Assembly (NCBI GenBank): GCA_030429975.1
Contig: JAUIGB010000001.1
Span: forward strand, 44,190 to 108,189
DNA length: 64,000 nt
Direction: 5' to 3'
From: a bacterium
Lineage (GTDB): Bacteria > Patescibacteriota > Saccharimonadia > Saccharimonadales > Saccharimonadaceae
The translations under genes were made by a program, and so were the position numbers. Below the pieces are notes generated by a model. It had not been told where the DNA came from, ran no database searches, and was given only the letters and a program-made list of their open reading frames with translations. Shown here in pieces: positions 63,542-64,000 of the stretch (its first letter is position 1; every line of letters starts with the position of its first letter).

Positions 63542-63705
63542 TATGTTGTCTCTGCTTGCTCGGCGGGCTGTGCTTTGGTTTCGGAGTTGTATTTGGCGTT
63601 CTCGGCCATCGACTTGTAATAGCCGGCCATTGGACCGTTATCGCTCTCGCACCGAGTGCAAGGACCGCCGGGTCCACCCGAGTAGCCATGGTAATAGCAA
63701 TCCAT
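63541..63705 (-). CDS. Small GC-rich ORF (54 aa), Gly/Tyr/Cys-rich N-terminus
   Basis: Hand translation: MDCYYHGYSGGPGGPCTRCESDNGPMAGYYKSMAENAKYNSETKAQPAEQAETT. SD AAGGAAG (63718-63712) lies 6 nt before the ATG. 35/60 G+C in line 63601-63660. Confidence 0.5.
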   Translation of the reverse strand: MDCYYHGYSGGPGGPCTRCESDNGPMAGYYKSMAENAKYNSETKAQPAEQAETT

Positions 63706-63852
63706 GTCTTTCTTCCTTTGTCTAAGATTGTCTGCTTGTCAAAAAGCTACTCGTCATTCGAGCGCCTTTATAATCTAGCCATATCTGGGGTGTAGAGGCA
63801 AGCTTGAGCAAGAAGAAACGAGCCCATCCACTAGGGATGCGCTCGCCTCTCC

Positions 63853-63942
63853 TGGCGGAGAGAACAGGATTCGAACCTGCGGTACGATTGCTCGCACACA
63901 CGCTTTCCAAGCGTGCTCCTTCAACCACTCGGACACCTCTCC
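63853..63942 (-). tRNA. tRNA-Ser (anticodon GGA), CCA encoded
   Basis: 90-nt cloverleaf: acceptor GGAGAGG/TCTCTCC, anticodon stem CACGC/GCGTG with loop TTGGAAA, long variable arm, T-loop GGTTCGAATCC, discriminator G and CCA. Confidence 0.95.
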
Positions 63943-63967
63943 TCGTCGGCATTCACTCAGTGTTCTC

Positions 63968-63989
63968 GCTTACGAACATGTTCGTAAGC
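63968..63989. repeat. Perfect 22-nt palindrome upstream of tRNA-Ser
   Basis: GCTTACGAACATGTTCGTAAGC. It shares the AACATGTT core with the 21564 and 59195 sites. Confidence 0.7.
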
Positions 63990-64000
63990 TGGCACATCTA

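Noticed and set aside
63435-63795. Track ORFs of 84 aa (minus strand) and 99 aa (plus strand) in the GC-rich islet
   Set aside because: Neither has an SD, and both give off-frame-looking P/R/T- or C/L/G-rich sequences. A different minus-strand frame gives two SD-led, TAATG-coupled small ORFs that explain the region better.
1-64000. Visual scan for CRISPR arrays, IS elements, integrases, rRNA, restriction-modification, toxin-antitoxin or known defence genes
   Set aside because: I saw no regularly spaced direct repeats, no transposase or integrase motifs and no rRNA-like conserved blocks. Absence is by eye only and should be confirmed with dedicated tools.

Overview
Gene-dense, mostly minus-strand bacterial chromosome segment. 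By hand count, typical coding lines are about 47% G+C and intergenic lines about 25%. The content is a reduced housekeeping set: ftsK, RNase J, pnp, rpsO, truB, rpsT, holA, mutM, polA, uppS, dnaG-rpoD, orn, msrB, mscL, argS, pyrG, zwf, zupT, nrdA/nrdB and nadD. It also holds three type IV pilin paralogues, several envelope enzymes (two M15 peptidases, two laccase-domain/PgeF-like proteins, a PIG-L deacetylase, a PMT-type glycosyltransferase), two extra sigma-70 factors, two WhiB-like proteins and one tRNA-Ser(GGA). I saw no rRNA, CRISPR array, transposase, integrase or recognisable defence or toxin-antitoxin module. The repertoire resembles a small-genome episymbiont (Saccharibacteria/Patescibacteria-like), but that lineage call is inference only. 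I did not recognise a clear multi-gene novel system. The most coherent candidate is the nrd locus: NrdB has class Ic-type residues (Glu and Phe where class Ia has Asp and the radical Tyr), NrdA lacks the C-terminal cysteine pair, an untracked 57-aa ORF ending in CEGCE lies between them, and the roughly 210-nt leader is structured with palindromic operators. Other points: (1) six dispersed GC-rich islets (55-65% G+C), several being complete small expression cassettes, including two overlapping sub-60-aa ORFs next to the tRNA that the ORF track cannot show; (2) a tandem WhiB-like pair beside two alternative sigma factors; (3) a surface-anchored cutinase/LysB-like esterase fused to vWA, PKD and FN3 modules; (4) many starts 6-8 nt after a -10 box, suggesting leaderless mRNAs, and convergent genes sharing 4-nt overlapping stops; (5) a 19-nt palindromic site present identically twice 38 kb apart; (6) a DnaG whose four zinc ligands are all substituted. 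All functional readings are inference from motifs read by eye. No database search was run.
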